The notes: a model not told the origin generated them from the sequence alone. 64,000 nucleotides of DNA from Eledone cirrhosa (GCA_964016885.1 OZ024740.1:200322001-200386000), one strand, 5' to 3'. Positions 1-12,758 are shown, numbered from the stretch's first letter. Numbers and translations: made by a program.

Positions 1-1080
1 GGTCGGGACAGCTATAGTGCCTCACGTATGTCATTGCATCTTGAGTCTTCTCATGCATATATCGAGGACTGCCTGTGAAGGTGGGAGGGAGGATGACCAA
101 CTTACCAAGCTCGTGGCCATGTCTGGCATCGTTGTTCACATCATCAAGGTGAGCGTAGTTGTCAGCTCGGAGTTCCTTTTGATGGCTTGCAGTATAAGCA
201 ACGCGTTCACTCTCTATCTTGGCATACATGTCAACGACAAACTGGTAAAATTGGTCACGTGCTCGGTGAAGATGATCGAAGTTGTTTGAACGAAGCATCA
301 GGTGAAAGGCATAAACATCCATCGCAGAGACTTTCTTGTTGGTTGGCTCACCATTAGATCCAATTTGACGACGCAGCCAGTGGTATCCATGCTCCCCTGT
401 TGTGTACAGAAGTGGGTACGGAAGGCCATCGTATGCTTGGTTGGTATCGGGAATCTTTTTTAGACCTTCATCACGATGTCGGATGACTATATCACGCTTT
501 TCCCCGGTGTGACCAGCAAGGACAGCTGCAAACTCTGCAACAGCTGGAACACTGAAGCGTCTACTATGCTCACCAGTTGGAAACTTGTCAGGGTGTATAG
601 CAATGTTGAAATTTTGGGCTGGAGGCTTTTCAATGGCGAATTAAAAGTTTCGAATCAGCCTGTTTGAGACGCTTAACATGTCCTGTAACTGGCGAATTAT
701 TTCAAGTCTGGTTCCTGGGATGGCCCGATGGCGACGTATAGCTTGTGAATTTGCATCTCCAATGAAGTAGATTTGCAAAGACTTGTGGTCTTCGTCGGTC
801 AGGTGTAGGAGACTTCCAATCGTGTGGTACACTTAGCCCTACACTTTACATGTGGGTATGTATCCGCCATGATTAACTTCCTTTTCGGCTCCGAAGCTCG
901 TCATTTGAAAGCAGCTATTGTATCTCCTTATGTTTGCTAGGAAGTTACGGCTATCACCGCTCTGGCCTCAGAAAAGACTTTCGAGCGGTTCCAAAGGGCA
1001 AGTGAGTAGGGGCAAACTGATTTTGCCTCCACTGCAGCACATGCCTGGCTCCTCCCTATCCCACTTGAGAGCTTGACAAT
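1..1080 (-). pseudogene. Helitron Rep/helicase N-terminal region (Helitron_like_N), disrupted, continues beyond the window edge
   Basis: Manual minus-strand translation gives CQHCQALKW..EEPGMCCSGGK, FLANIRRYNSCFQMTSFG, VYHTIGSLL..LQIYFIGD, YDGLPYPLL, QFVVDMYAKIESER and GKLVILPPTFTGSPRYMHEKTQDAMTYVRHY, with in-frame stops. Confidence 0.9.
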
Positions 1081-1283
1081 GTTGGCAAATAGTGTTCATG
1101 GACCCAAGTTGAAAAGCGATAGAATTGTCGACGGTGGAGTCATATCGAAAGGCTGAACCGGAGTTTTTAGGGCATCTCTGACTTGTTGACCGGCGGGGTA
1201 GGCTTCTCTGATAGGTCCAACGGTCGACTGAAGGTCTTTCTCTCTCACCTGTATAATAATTTTTTTTTTATGTTTGCTCATTA

Positions 1284-1941
1284 CAGGTCCTTGCAAAATT
1301 CAGTCCTACCGCTGGTCGTAAAATATTCGACCATCTCCAAATGTCCTATTCCAGTGTATGCTTTTTAATGAAGCGGATCTTTTTACCTATATCAGTGTTC
1401 CCATCGATTGTGTACTACTTTCTTAATAAGCAGCAAAATTATACCTCTGGAGTTCGACAGTTTTACCGAATATCTGTAGAAAAAAATCAAAATATCGTGA
1501 CAAATGAAACTGTTGTATGGCTGATTCATATACTTTGGTTGAAACACGGCAAATCTATTTACTTTTAAAGGCGTTACCTTTGGAAAAGTCCAATTTGGAA
1601 ATAAAATATTTCGTTGTGCCGAGAGATTGGGACTCAAGATACACTGTTAAATGATCATGGCTCGGTTCGACAAAAATCTAACGTGGAAGCGCATGTAGAA
1701 GCTATCTATTGACAGATGAACTGAACTGTTGATAGCGCTGTTTGGTGCGACAAATATATATATATATATACTTACCAGAACAATTAACGTACATGTTAAC
1801 ATTGTTGATCTGATATAAAATCTTTGACAACATTTTGATTACTGTAGGCAAACAAATATTGATGACTGCCCTGTAATGAATTTGCTCAGAATTGTTGTAC
1901 TTATGCCCTCTTAAAATCAGACTCAGTTTTGCAAGGACCTG
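1284..1941. mobile_element. Non-autonomous Tc1/mariner-type MITE
   Basis: About 22-bp terminal inverted repeats CAGGTCCTTGCAAAATTCAGTC / GACTCAGTTTTGCAAGGACCTG; TA on the left flank, TT on the right. Confidence 0.7.
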
Positions 1942-1945
1942 TTAA

Positions 1946-2190
1946 ACCACTGGGTGTGAAGGAGTGAAGGACCCCTAGCCTTTGTCAGGGCATTCTTTTA
2001 GGAGATGGCAACTCAGGAAACTGGGATAACTCCGATATAAAACCTGCGGCTCACTAGTTCCGATGATGTTGATCTTTTCTTCTTTTAGATTTAGTGGGAT
2101 TGGCTCAGTGCACAGTCTTTCCTCACTTTAAAAAATATCTTCGGCCAGGCTGGGACCTTTTGGGTGGCATATCGGCTACTTCTGTACTTT
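1946..2190 (+). repeat. Interspersed repeat (possible LINE 5' UTR or SINE fragment)
   Basis: tagcctttgtcagggca..ggaga..actccgatataaaacctgc..gatgatgttga matches the reverse complement of about 47900-48010. Confidence 0.5.
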
Positions 2191-2249
2191 TGTGTATGCA
2201 AAAATATCTGTATTTATGTTTAAGCAAATTGAAAACTATCTGTATTTAA

Positions 2250-2346
2250 GTTTGAGCAAATAATCGCTGCTTTCACTCTTAACGAGATTTTCTGAAACTA
2301 AAAAAATCTATCAGTGAACGCAGAATTAAGTTTTTTGAAAAACGTT
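2250..2346 (-). repeat. PLE pLTR fragment, same family as the arms of 40910-43113
   Basis: gcaaataatcgctgctttcactcttaacgagattttctgaaacta closely matches 41026-41070. Confidence 0.7.
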
Positions 2347-2778
2347 ATCTAATGCAGACAGCCAGACATACAGAGACATATAGCAAAGGGCGCAAGAGGA
2401 ATGTTGTGCTACGTCATAGCTATGTATCTAATGCAGACAGTCAGACATACAGAAACCTATAGATGTGTATCTATCTAAATGGACACTAAGAAAAAGTGAG
2501 GAATGACGTATAACCGGAAGTGTTGACATTTGAAATTTTAAAGAAGTGAATATTTAAATAAGGTCTTTAATCTTTTAACAGAATTCAGTAGACAAAATAC
2601 CCTCACTTTCTTACTTGGAAAAAGTTACATCTATGGCACAAATGTGGTGCCGTTTGGTCCAGCCGCTTGGCGGAAAGTGTATTACTTACATACGGCCGTC
2701 AGCTTTATAGTATATATATATATATATATATAAAATAAAATAAATAAGTCAAATATTTAAAATTTGGCTTCGTTTATT

Positions 2779-2833
2779 ACTGCTATATCTATTTCGGTGA
2801 CAGCCATCTTTGGCTGTGACCTCTTCAGTCAGT
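2779..2833 (-). ncRNA. Type I hammerhead ribozyme in a solo pLTR fragment (2735-2948, family of 36795-39312)
   Basis: Minus strand: actga-CTGAAGA-GGTcacagccaaagatggctgtcACC-GAAA-tagatATA-gcagt, then AATAAA. Confidence 0.75.
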
Positions 2834-3108
2834 CCGAATTGGTGTGGTAGAGATGGGTACACATGTTGTTGAGGTGTTTAACTCCGTCAAAACTCCGATA
2901 TGCCCAATTCCTGGTTGGGTTGTTATTTCTCTGAGGAACTGGAATCATATATATATATATAAGAATTAAAATACAGAGTGCGTTGGAGTAAAACACACTC
3001 GTCGTATTATAGAAATGACAGTATAGGGTATAGCTCAATGTAATACAACAGAGCCGAAAAATTATAAAAATAGCAAAGAAGCCTTCAATACATCAAAAGT
3101 CTTTATTA

Positions 3109-3149
3109 GCCTACAATGTTTCGTCCCATTAATCAGGACTCATCAGGGC
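3109..3149 (-). ncRNA. Minimal type I hammerhead ribozyme
   Basis: gcc-CTGATGA-GTCC tgattaatg GGAC-GAAAC att GTA-ggc on the minus strand. Confidence 0.85.
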
Positions 3150-3947
3150 AAGTAAACAGATAAGAAGCATTAACGGCCAGAACTAGCAAAAACCCAGAAG
3201 AATAGGGAATTCATATCTATGAAAGCTTATGAGAGATATGAAGGAAAAGCATGCTAAAGCTAAAAGTGTGCAGTTACAAATATAGACTATAGGGCAATAA
3301 AGTGAGTAAAATTTCAAACCAACGTTGAAATTACAGTATAAGACAAATACATTAAATACAACATGGTAATACAATGTGAGAATTACAATATGATATAGAA
3401 TACAATATAATGGGTAATAAGAAATATAAAGCTTAATATATGTATATATATATCCATATATATACACATTTACACAAACACATACTAACACTTAATAAGT
3501 ATAAATATACTCTCTATAATATAAAACCCACCCTGATGGTGCACATAAACTATACAAAAAATAAACTATACAAAAAAATAAGCTATACAAAAAAAAATAG
3601 AATAATATACTGACATCAAAAAATATATACAAAACTACATCATACATATCACTTAATGTCAACTACATCATACATATCACTTAATGTCAACTTAATGTCA
3701 ACAAGTTTTTCACAGGGTAAGAAAAAATATCATAAAACTGAAGTATGTTGAAAAAAAATATATATATATAAACACATAGAGTAATGATAATAAATATACA
3801 GTGGTATATGGATTTTACATTCATAAAATATTACAAAATATTACAAAACAGTACCTTAAATATCTGACTTATATTAATACGTATAATACAATTACATAGA
3901 AATAATATGATATATAAATGTTAATATTATAATAATAAATAATATAA

Positions 3948-4123
3948 TTGTTTCTACTTTAGGCACAAGACCAGCAATTACCCAGTGCATTACTGGTACT
4001 TTATTTTATCGACCCCGTAAGGATGAAAGGCAAAGTCAACCTCGGCGGGATTTGAACTCAGATCGTAAAGGGACATAACTATGCTGGAAAGCATGGCGTC
4101 CGACCCTCTACCGATACTGCCAA
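3948..4123 (-). mobile_element. SINE, same family as 31704 and 54800
   Basis: actggtactttattttatcgaccccgtaaggatgaaaggcaaagtcaacctcggcgggatttgaactcag; B-box-like GAGTTCAAATCC on the minus strand; three copies in the window. Confidence 0.85.
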
Positions 4124-4990
4124 GACAGAGTCAATGGAAAATGTTTAAGAAATATTTACGCGATTAATATATTAATATAGGAAGGCATGTTATGATGCAA
4201 AGCAAATTACAGGAAGACAAACAGCAAGTGATAGTAAAGAAATAATGATGATGATGATAGGACAGACAGCATGTGGTAGTAAGAAAATAAATAAAACAAA
4301 ATAAAATGAATTACAAAAACAATAACGAAAAACAAAAACAAGCACAGTTACGTAGGTATAACGATTTATTATGTAAATATAGAAGATATTATTATTCTAA
4401 ACTGAAAAGAAAACCTTATTAAATTAATTAATATTAAAATTGCTTAAAAGACATTATTGGTCCCTTCAAATGTTATAAAGTTTAAGTCGCCAAAGTCGTA
4501 TAAAGTTAGGATATTTCAATAAAAGCTATAATATAATATACATTACGATCCGTTCAGACGAATTACGTTATCAAAGAAAAAAACTCTAAATAAAACTATG
4601 GTAGACCAATGGGAACAGAAAGAAGTGAAACTATGGAGGATAGGAAGGATCATAAAAGTAAAAAATTAATATATAATATAATATAATAAAAAGGAGTATG
4701 AAAGTAGAATTTATATATAATATAATAAAAAGGAGCGAATATTAAGTGTGGAAAGGAGGAGGTTCGTTAGTTTTAGATATAGGAGACTCAAAATTAAACT
4801 ATTCAATAAGATACAAACTTACAAGGCGATAATATTGAGTAAAAATGTAATAATGTTTAAGTTGATATATATGGTAAGGTAGCTAATAAGACTATGAAAA
4901 CTAAAATTCAAAAATCGAAACAACCGTAGAAAATTAATAATAATGGTAATAATAATGAACTAAATCCAAAGAGATATGGAAATATAACAG

Positions 4991-6256
4991 CTAATGGATA
5001 CGGTTTAAACTACGAGAACTTTTAGGTCTATAGTAGAAGAAAGAATTAGAAATGGCATGCGGACAGGAAGAAAATATCTCAGATTTTCTATTAAGCAATA
5101 AGCTCCTAGAGAAAATTATAGAATGGGTCTCTAGGATACAAAGATTACAGAATTTAGAGTGTGTTGCTAGGTGATTAGAGTGTGCTACTATTCGCCAATT
5201 TAGGCTATATGGTATACCAGCCCCTTTTAAATCCCAGATGTGGTGTGCCAAAGAAGTAGAGTTCTTAAACTTGATATGCTTAAAATTAGAAATATGTGAA
5301 TTAAACCTAGTTTTAAAAGTATTAGATGTGGAGCCTATATATGTGCTACAAGAAGAATTAGTCTTAACTTCACATGCATAAACAATGTTCCTAGAGAGGC
5401 AGTGACCATTTAAAGGGCAGTTATTATTTACTCTACAGTTACACTTCCGGGTACTAGTGGTTAGCTGATTACGCGGTGCATTATTCCTAGGGTTATTATA
5501 AGATAAGATCTGCTCGGGCGGTAAGTTATCAATAGAGCTATCTAGATTAGCAGTACGCAAAGAGGAGTAGCTATCCCTAATTTTTCTACTGTTAGTCCTA
5601 GCTAGATGAGAATTAATGTTAGGGGTCGTAGAGAAGGAGAGTTTAATTACATTTTTATTAAATATACCATGATATTTATTAGTAGGAGGGAAATGTTTCT
5701 CTAAAATAGAAAAGAAAGACCTAGGGATAATAGTTAATACTTCATGATCAAAAGTTGGGTTAAAGTAAGTATTGAGTCTCCTCCTATTCCTACCTTTACT
5801 ATCTCTACCGTGATCTGATATCCTATTAATAGGATCAGGGTTAATACGAGGACCAGTTGAATTAACATTATTAGAAGCAGTTAAAACATTACCACTCGGT
5901 GAACGTTCAGAGCGCCTATCCTGCTCCCTAGAACTGATCTCGAAATGCGTACCATTAGACTCACTATTCCGACTACTATTTCGGTAGCAAATCTTGGGGT
6001 TCGGTTTGGATATATCTGTAATATTTCTATGATTCCTATATTTTCTACTCCCATTCAAGGCCATATTATGGGATATTACGTTATTATGGGTAATCGGAGT
6101 CATTCCAAGGTTGTCCTCCTTATAATGTATTTTACCAGAGTAACCAGAGTTAGCTAGGGAGTTATTATAGTACTCTGCATGTGAATTAAAGATTCCTATA
6201 TCCTTAGAGAGTGTGGAGATGCTATTAGATACACCATTAATTATAGAACTAATCAT
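4991..6256 (-). CDS. PLE polyprotein C-terminal part: RT thumb, linker and GIY-YIG endonuclease (5'-truncated)
   Basis: YFNPTF, KHFP..KYHGIFNKNVIKLSFSTT, CNCR..CPLNGHCL..NIVY, YIGST..FKTRF..H, CNLC..E, LLNRKSE..CPH. Confidence 0.85.
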   Translation of the reverse strand: MISSIINGVSNSISTLSKDIGIFNSHAEYYNNSLANSGYSGKIHYKEDNLGMTPITHNNVISHNMALNGSRKYRNHRNITDISKPNPKICYRNSSRNSESNGTHFEISSREQDRRSERSPSGNVLTASNNVNSTGPRINPDPINRISDHGRDSKGRNRRRLNTYFNPTFDHEVLTIIPRSFFSILEKHFPPTNKYHGIFNKNVIKLSFSTTPNINSHLARTNSRKIRDSYSSLRTANLDSSIDNLPPEQILSYNNPRNNAPRNQLTTSTRKCNCRVNNNCPLNGHCLSRNIVYACEVKTNSSCSTYIGSTSNTFKTRFNSHISNFKHIKFKNSTSLAHHIWDLKGAGIPYSLNWRIVAHSNHLATHSKFCNLCILETHSIIFSRSLLLNRKSEIFSSCPHAISNSFFYYRPKSSRSLNRIH

Positions 6257-7264
6257 AGATTTAGGGTGGTTGGAATTAGGATTAACATGCTGTCTGTCCT
6301 CCTATCATCATCATCATTATTTCTTTACTATCACTTGCTGTTTGTCTTCCTATAATTTGATTTGCATCATAACATGCCTCCCTATATTAATATATTAATC
6401 GCGTAAATATCTCTTAAACATTTTCCATTGACTGTCTGTCTGCATTTATATACTTTTATATTATTATATTACTTATTATTATAATATTAACATTTATATA
6501 TCATATTATTTCTATGTAATTGTATTATACGTATTAATATAAGTCAGATATTTAAGGTACTGTTTTGTAATATTTTGTAATATTTTATGAATGTAAAATC
6601 CATATACCTCTGTATATTTATTATCATTACTCTATGTATTTACATATATATATATTTTTTCAACATACTTCAGTTTTATGATATTTTTTCTTACCCTGTG
6701 AAAAACTTTATGTACAATTTGTTGACATTAAGTGATATGTATAATGTAGTTGACATTAAGTGATATGTATGATGTAGTTTTGTATATATTTTTGATGTCA
6801 GTATATTATTCTATTATTTTTTGTATAGCTTATTTTTTTGTATAGTTTATTTTTTGTATAGTTTATGTGCTCCGTCAGGGTGGGTTTTATATTATAGAGA
6901 GTATATTTATACTTATTAAGTGTAGTATGTGTTTGTGTAAATGTGTATATATATGGATATATACATATATACACATATTAAGCTTTATATTTCTTATTAC
7001 CCATTATATTGTATTCTATATCATATTGTAATTCTCACGTTATATTACCATGTTGTATTTAATGTATTTGTTTTATACTGTAATTTCAACGTTGGTTTGA
7101 AATCTTACTCACTTTATTGCCCTATAGTCTATATTTGTAACTGCACACTTTTAGCTTTAGCATGCTTTTCCTTCATATCTCTCATAAGCTTTCATGGATA
7201 TGAATTCCCTATTCTTCTGAGTTTTGGATAGTTCTGGCCGGGAATGCTTCTTATCTGTTTACTT

Positions 7265-7305
7265 GCCCTGATGAGTCCTGATTAATGGGACGAAACATTG
7301 TAGGC
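7265..7305 (+). ncRNA. Minimal type I hammerhead ribozyme (inverted arm copy)
   Basis: gccCTGATGAGTCCtgattaatgGGACGAAACattGTAggc followed by tAATAAA. Confidence 0.85.
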
Positions 7306-7370
7306 TAATAAAGACTTTTGATGTATTGAAGGCTTCTTTGTCTATTTTTATAATGTTTATAATTTTTATA

Positions 7371-7481
<111 letters not shown>

Positions 7482-7489
7482 AATAAATA

Positions 7490-7593
7490 AACGAAAAAAT
7501 GAAACGAAATTTCATTTCTCACTCTTAGTACGGCTGTTACTTAAATATAAGTATGTATACGTACATACATATATGTATACAGACGTACAGTAG

Positions 7594-7647
<54 letters not shown>

Positions 7648-7871
7648 CATGCACACATATATATATGTACGTATGGATTCACCGAACACTTATTATAATG
7701 CTCAGTGTGTTTGTAAACAAACATCCCGAATTAAGCCTTGTCAGTGTTGAACAAATGAGCAACGATGGTTGCTAGACACTGTACAGATTAATTCGGGATG
7801 TTTGTTTACAAATACACCGAGCATTATAATAAATGTTCGGTGAATCCATACGTACATATATATATGTGTGC

Positions 7872-7875
<4 letters not shown>
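7490..7875. repeat. Fold-back repeat family (copies also at 9160-9860 and 50435-50760)
   Basis: Shared aaaaaatgaaacgaaatttcatttctcactcttagtacggctg; internal inverted arms about 7655-7733 vs 7788-7872. Confidence 0.75.
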
Positions 7876-7908
<33 letters not shown>

Positions 7909-8217
7909 AATGGAAGGTTAGTAAAATCGAAGTTTTGGCGGTGGCCAAGCTAACAAGATACAATTAGGTTTGTGGAAAGCACTCGATACACATTCCTAAC
8001 TCACCAAGACGGGTGCACATACACACACGTATCCTTAATTTCTCGCGCGCCCAAGTATGTACGCACATGAATACCGATGAATATACACCGCTTTGCCGCC
8101 CTACAAATTACACCAGGGTATACACATACACCCCTACAGACACAAAATAGGACCAAAGCTTATATATATACATTCTCAGTCCACATACCACAACAAAAAT
8201 ATATCCTTTGTCGCATC

Positions 8218-8308
8218 ACCAGTCTGAGGAGCAATCGATACTAGAGTCGGGTCTATAACTCGTATGGGTCAAATTGAGCCAATCATCTGCGAAACGCGCG
8301 TAGCAGGT
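8218..8308 (+). ncRNA. Type I hammerhead with branched, enlarged stem II
   Basis: accagt-CTGAGGA-GCA..about 54 nt..TGC-GAAACgcgcGTA-gcaggt, with AATAAA shortly downstream. Confidence 0.7.
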
Positions 8309-9159
8309 CGATATGCAATAAATATGTTTCATATGTAAACGAAACTTCCTCATTCTTTTTAATATATACACTCTGCCTGTGTATAGAGTGCTTGATTTGG
8401 TACCAATACCAGTATTTCATCGTACTAACTACACACTATATATACTAACTGCAGTACCCGGTAATACCCGGGAAACATGGACGGGGCGGTTATTCACAGT
8501 TTTCAGAGTGCGCATTAAACTGCTAGTGACCCTGGGTGCCCATACTAGATTTTCAATAACAATCTTTGCTAGGTGTGTTTATGGCAGATCAATTTTTTGT
8601 GTGGGACTATCAATAGCTGTTTAAGTCATAAGTCCTTTTTCCATCCAGCTTTCTTCATTCAGAGTGAATAAGCCGGGGAACTCAAATTTATTCAACAAAC
8701 TTATGTATCAGAATATCAAACTTACTGCCTTACCACTCAAGAACAAACACAGAAGAATAGAGGAAGTCATCGCAATTATTCAAGAAATTATAACCGAGTG
8801 AACATATTCAGGTACTGTTCAAGCACCCTGTATATCACCGTGTGTAAAGCCCTTCGAATGACTGAAGCAATTCAATGAAATCATCCCGTTTTTCCCCTAT
8901 AGTATATATATCCCGAGAAAACACACCATAATAATTTGGATAAACAATCAGAAGTGTTGGCCCTAAATAGAGCCTTGTAACGTTCACTGTTGCAAATTGT
9001 CAATGGGGGAAAAGTTACATCTCCTTTATTCGTGTTAATCTTCACACGAGCCAACACCTCGAAATATCGACAAAATAAACTCTACTCTCATCTTACAATT
9101 AACATGCCGAGAGTACGAATATTCGTCAACACACGATTTGGGTCTTATTCTTCGGGTGG

Positions 9160-9857
9160 GTTAATCGGCAGGGTGCACCGAAAAAGATAAACGGAAAAAA
9201 TGAAACGAAATTTCATTTCCCACTCTTAGTACGGCTGTTACTTAAATATAAGTATGTACACGTACATACATATATGTATACAGAGGTACAGTAGTATGTA
9301 TATATATGTATACATAAATGTATATATAAATGTTCGGTGAATCCATACGTACATATATATGTGTGCATGTATGAATATATATATACATACTACTGTACAT
9401 TTGTATACATATATGTATGTACGTGTACATACTTATATTTAAGTAACAGCCGTACTAAGAGTGGGAAATGAAATTTCGTTTCATTTTTTCCGTTTATCGT
9501 TTTCGGTGCACCCGGCCGATTAACCCACTCGATATGCAAATTGGGCTACTCAGTCATTAATATGCATAAGGTAAGTATATACGTTCAACAATCTGGCAGG
9601 AAGGTATACGTTGCTGACGATAGGCAATATGCTTGAAACTAGTACAGCGTTCCTTTGTCAGTGTTGAACAAACGAGCAACGATGGTTGCTGGACACTACG
9701 GCTTAATACGGGATGTTTGTTTACAAACACACCAAGCATTATAATAAATGTTCGGTGAATCCATACGTACATATATATATATATATGTGCATGTATGTAT
9801 ATATATATATATATACTACTGTACGTCTGTATACATATATGTATGTACGTGTACATA

Positions 9858-9860
<3 letters not shown>
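9160..9860. repeat. Fold-back repeat (family of 7490) with degenerate HHR core at about 9610-9703
   Basis: 9163-9300 is the inverse of 9385-9530; gttgCTGACGA..GCAA..TTGC. Confidence 0.65.
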
Positions 9861-9930
<70 letters not shown>

Positions 9931-9941
9931 ATATATATAAG

Positions 9942-10106
<165 letters not shown>

Positions 10107-10215
10107 GAAAAGTATAGAAATTATTGTAGCAAGAAGCCAACAGTATTCCATAATATATAAGTGACTATAGCGTCAAAATGGAAAAATAATATATATATAT
10201 GTGTGTGTGTGCGAA

Positions 10216-10478
10216 GGCGCATGGCTTAGTGGTTAAAGCATTCTGCTTGCAACCGAATGGTTGTGAGTTCAATTCTCGGACCGGGTGATGTGTAGTTTCC
10301 TTGAGCAAGAGACTTTATTTCACGTTGCTCCAGTTTACTCGGCTATAGAAATGAGTATCGGCCTGCCCACCCAGCCAGTGGGATGGCGTTATCTTATGGC
10401 TAAATCACCACAACGTGCTGTGACCAGCGGCGCCGATTGGCACCCGACAGTTTGGTCGGTCAAGGCGATCAAGGTGAT
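10216..10478 (+). mobile_element. tRNA-derived SINE
   Basis: A box TGGCTTAGTGG, B box GAGTTCAATTC, then a tccttgagcaagagactttatttcacgttgctccag core; related fragment at about 30835-30925. Confidence 0.8.
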
Positions 10479-10530
10479 ATATATATATGGAGGAAGTTAT
10501 AGTTCACTTGAAGCATTGTCTAATGAGGTA

Positions 10531-10928
10531 TAAACGTTTGTAGTTGTAAGGCCAAAACAATGCAGGTATCGATATAGAATATAAATGCAAATGCAAAAGA
10601 TATTCTTGACAATTAATCTTTTACCTTAAATTTATTTAAATATCCTTAATTTTCGAGATAATATCTCTTCTTCGGAGGGAAGTAAAGTGGTTAATCATGC
10701 TGACAGGAAATGGTATATATACCATTTCCTGTAAGCATGACTTGGCAAGCTATTTACAACGCTGGATTAACCACTTTACTTCCGTCTGAGAAGAGATATT
10801 ATCTCGAAAATTAAGGATATTTAAATAAATTTAAGGTAAAAGACTAATTGTCAACAATATCTTTTGCATTTACATTTATATTCTAAATCGATACCTGCAT
10901 TGTTTTGGCCTAACAACTACAAACGTTC
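10531..10928. repeat. Fold-back element with about 165-bp arms and a nested central hairpin
   Basis: 10533-10696 is the reverse complement of 10765-10927; central catgctgacaggaaatggtatatataccatttcctgtaagcatg. Confidence 0.85.
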
Positions 10929-11250
10929 ATATATATATATATATATATAGCGATCTCTAGATCTACCAGTCCAGATAAACAATTGTCAGCAATGTGATTA
11001 AAGCCCTTATTGTATAGCAAACCGTCTCACTCTTCTTACTTGATTTATCATTACTACAAGTGTAAACAACAGAGAAATCACCGCGTACTCGCAACATCAC
11101 TATGGAATCCTCTTGTTGAGTCAAACTTAGCCAGGCGTTGATACCATCCACTACTCGGAGTACCCTCACTGGACTACACTTAAGTGGACTACCTATAAGA
11201 ATAATCTGTTATCCCGTGTATGTATATATATATATATATACATATATATA

Positions 11251-12186
11251 CCCCAAAATACTAAATCTTCTAATATAAAGTATAGTAACCCTCAAAAAAC
11301 TACTCATCATACAACTATAATAAATATTAATAATAAAACTCCTAATAAAAAAGATAAAACACCTAAATCTACAAATATAACTAAAAATAGTTGTGGTGAG
11401 ATCATTAACATTAATCCTCCTAGTAAAAATCACGATACAACCTATAAAAATAATAAAAATAATAAACAACATAGAAACCGTAATAGACGAGTTACTTGGT
11501 ATAATGCTCCTTTTAATTTACAAGTTAAGGATAATATTGCTAAAAAATTTTTTTATATCCTTGAGAAAAACTTCCCGCCAAACCACAAATACCATCAAAT
11601 CTTAAATAGGTCTACAGTTAAATTCTCATACTCTACAACAAATAACATAAAACAAAATATAAGTGCATATAATGCATATAAATGTAAGAAAACCATAAGT
11701 ATACCACCAGTACATCAAATTAACCATAATATCTCCTCAAATACAGAATTAACGAAAGGATGTAACTGTAGAAACAAAGCAAACTGCCCATTAAAAGGGA
11801 ATTGTCTTGTTAACAACATAGTCTATAAATGTAATGTTAAAACTAAAGATTCTATTTGCTCATATATAGGAGCTACCTCTAACAATTTTAAGACAAGGTT
11901 TAATACCCACAAGCATAGTTTTAAAAATGCCGCACTGGCTAATACAACATCTCTAGCAGAAAAAATCAATAGTTATAAAAATAAGAATATAAAATATGAT
12001 TTGACCTGGAGTGTGCTCAAAAGAGCCACCCCTTATCAAAATAATAGAAAGGAATGTAGATTATGTTCCCAAGAACTATTTGAAATAATGAAGTCTAAGG
12101 ATATCTTATTAAATAAACGACAGGAATTAATTATATCGTGTAATCATAAACTAAAAAAAACATTTAAATATTATAAACCTAATTAA
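11251..12186 (+). CDS. PLE linker plus GIY-YIG endonuclease, open frame without start codon (5'-truncated)
   Basis: Frame read by hand without stops: RNRNRRVTWYNAPF..KNFPPNHKYHQILNRSTVKFSYSTT..CNCRNKANCPLKGNCL..IVY..YIGAT..FKTRF..H..CRLC..E..LLNKRQE..CNH; the ORF track shows only 12001-12186. Confidence 0.85.
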   Translation, partial: PQNTKSSNIKYSNPQKTTHHTTIININNKTPNKKDKTPKSTNITKNSCGEIININPPSKNHDTTYKNNKNNKQHRNRNRRVTWYNAPFNLQVKDNIAKKFFYILEKNFPPNHKYHQILNRSTVKFSYSTTNNIKQNISAYNAYKCKKTISIPPVHQINHNISSNTELTKGCNCRNKANCPLKGNCLVNNIVYKCNVKTKDSICSYIGATSNNFKTRFNTHKHSFKNAALANTTSLAEKINSYKNKNIKYDLTWSVLKRATPYQNNRKECRLCSQELFEIMKSKDILLNKRQELIISCNHKLKKTFKYYKPN

Positions 12187-12649
12187 TAACATTATTCTAG
12201 AAATTAATTTAATTTAAATGTTAGTTAACCTATAAATTTAATTTAATTAATATTTTATTACAGATGAGAATATAAAATATTATGTAATCATAAATTGTGA
12301 AAAACCTTTAAATATTACTAATATATACTTAGTAATTTAATTTATAGATTAATTTTAATTTATTTAAACCTTTTATTATAACTCTTTTACAGATAAAATA
12401 TAACAAAATAATATCGTGTATCCAATGACAGAGAAATAATTTTTAGTATTATAGACCTAATTAATATACATTTTGGAAATATATTTATTATTTGGTTTTA
12501 GTTTTAATCAACCTAAAAATTTTTATTTTAATTTGCTTAAAATTAGTATCCTTATACAGACGAATTGCAGAATGTCATGTAATCATAGAATGGGATGTGT
12601 TTTGGATATATACCTAGTTAATATATTCTGTGCAATTTTTTGAAAAAGA

Positions 12650-12719
12650 TATGTATATGTATATGTGTATGTGTATGTGTGTGTGTGTATGTGTATCTGT
12701 ATGTATGTATATATATGTA

Positions 12720-12758
<39 letters not shown>

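Larger units (their letters stand above)
2961..7352 (-). mobile_element. 5'-truncated Naiad-like PLE with about 1.1-kb inverted pLTR arms (about 3058-4270 vs 6285-7352) and a tail at 2961-3057
   Basis: Arms are reverse complements and each carries an HHR; a GIY-YIG ORF lies between them; flanked by (TA)n. Confidence 0.9.

Noticed and set aside
10216-10290. tRNA gene
   Set aside because: A/B boxes present but no cloverleaf acceptor stem; continues into a SINE body
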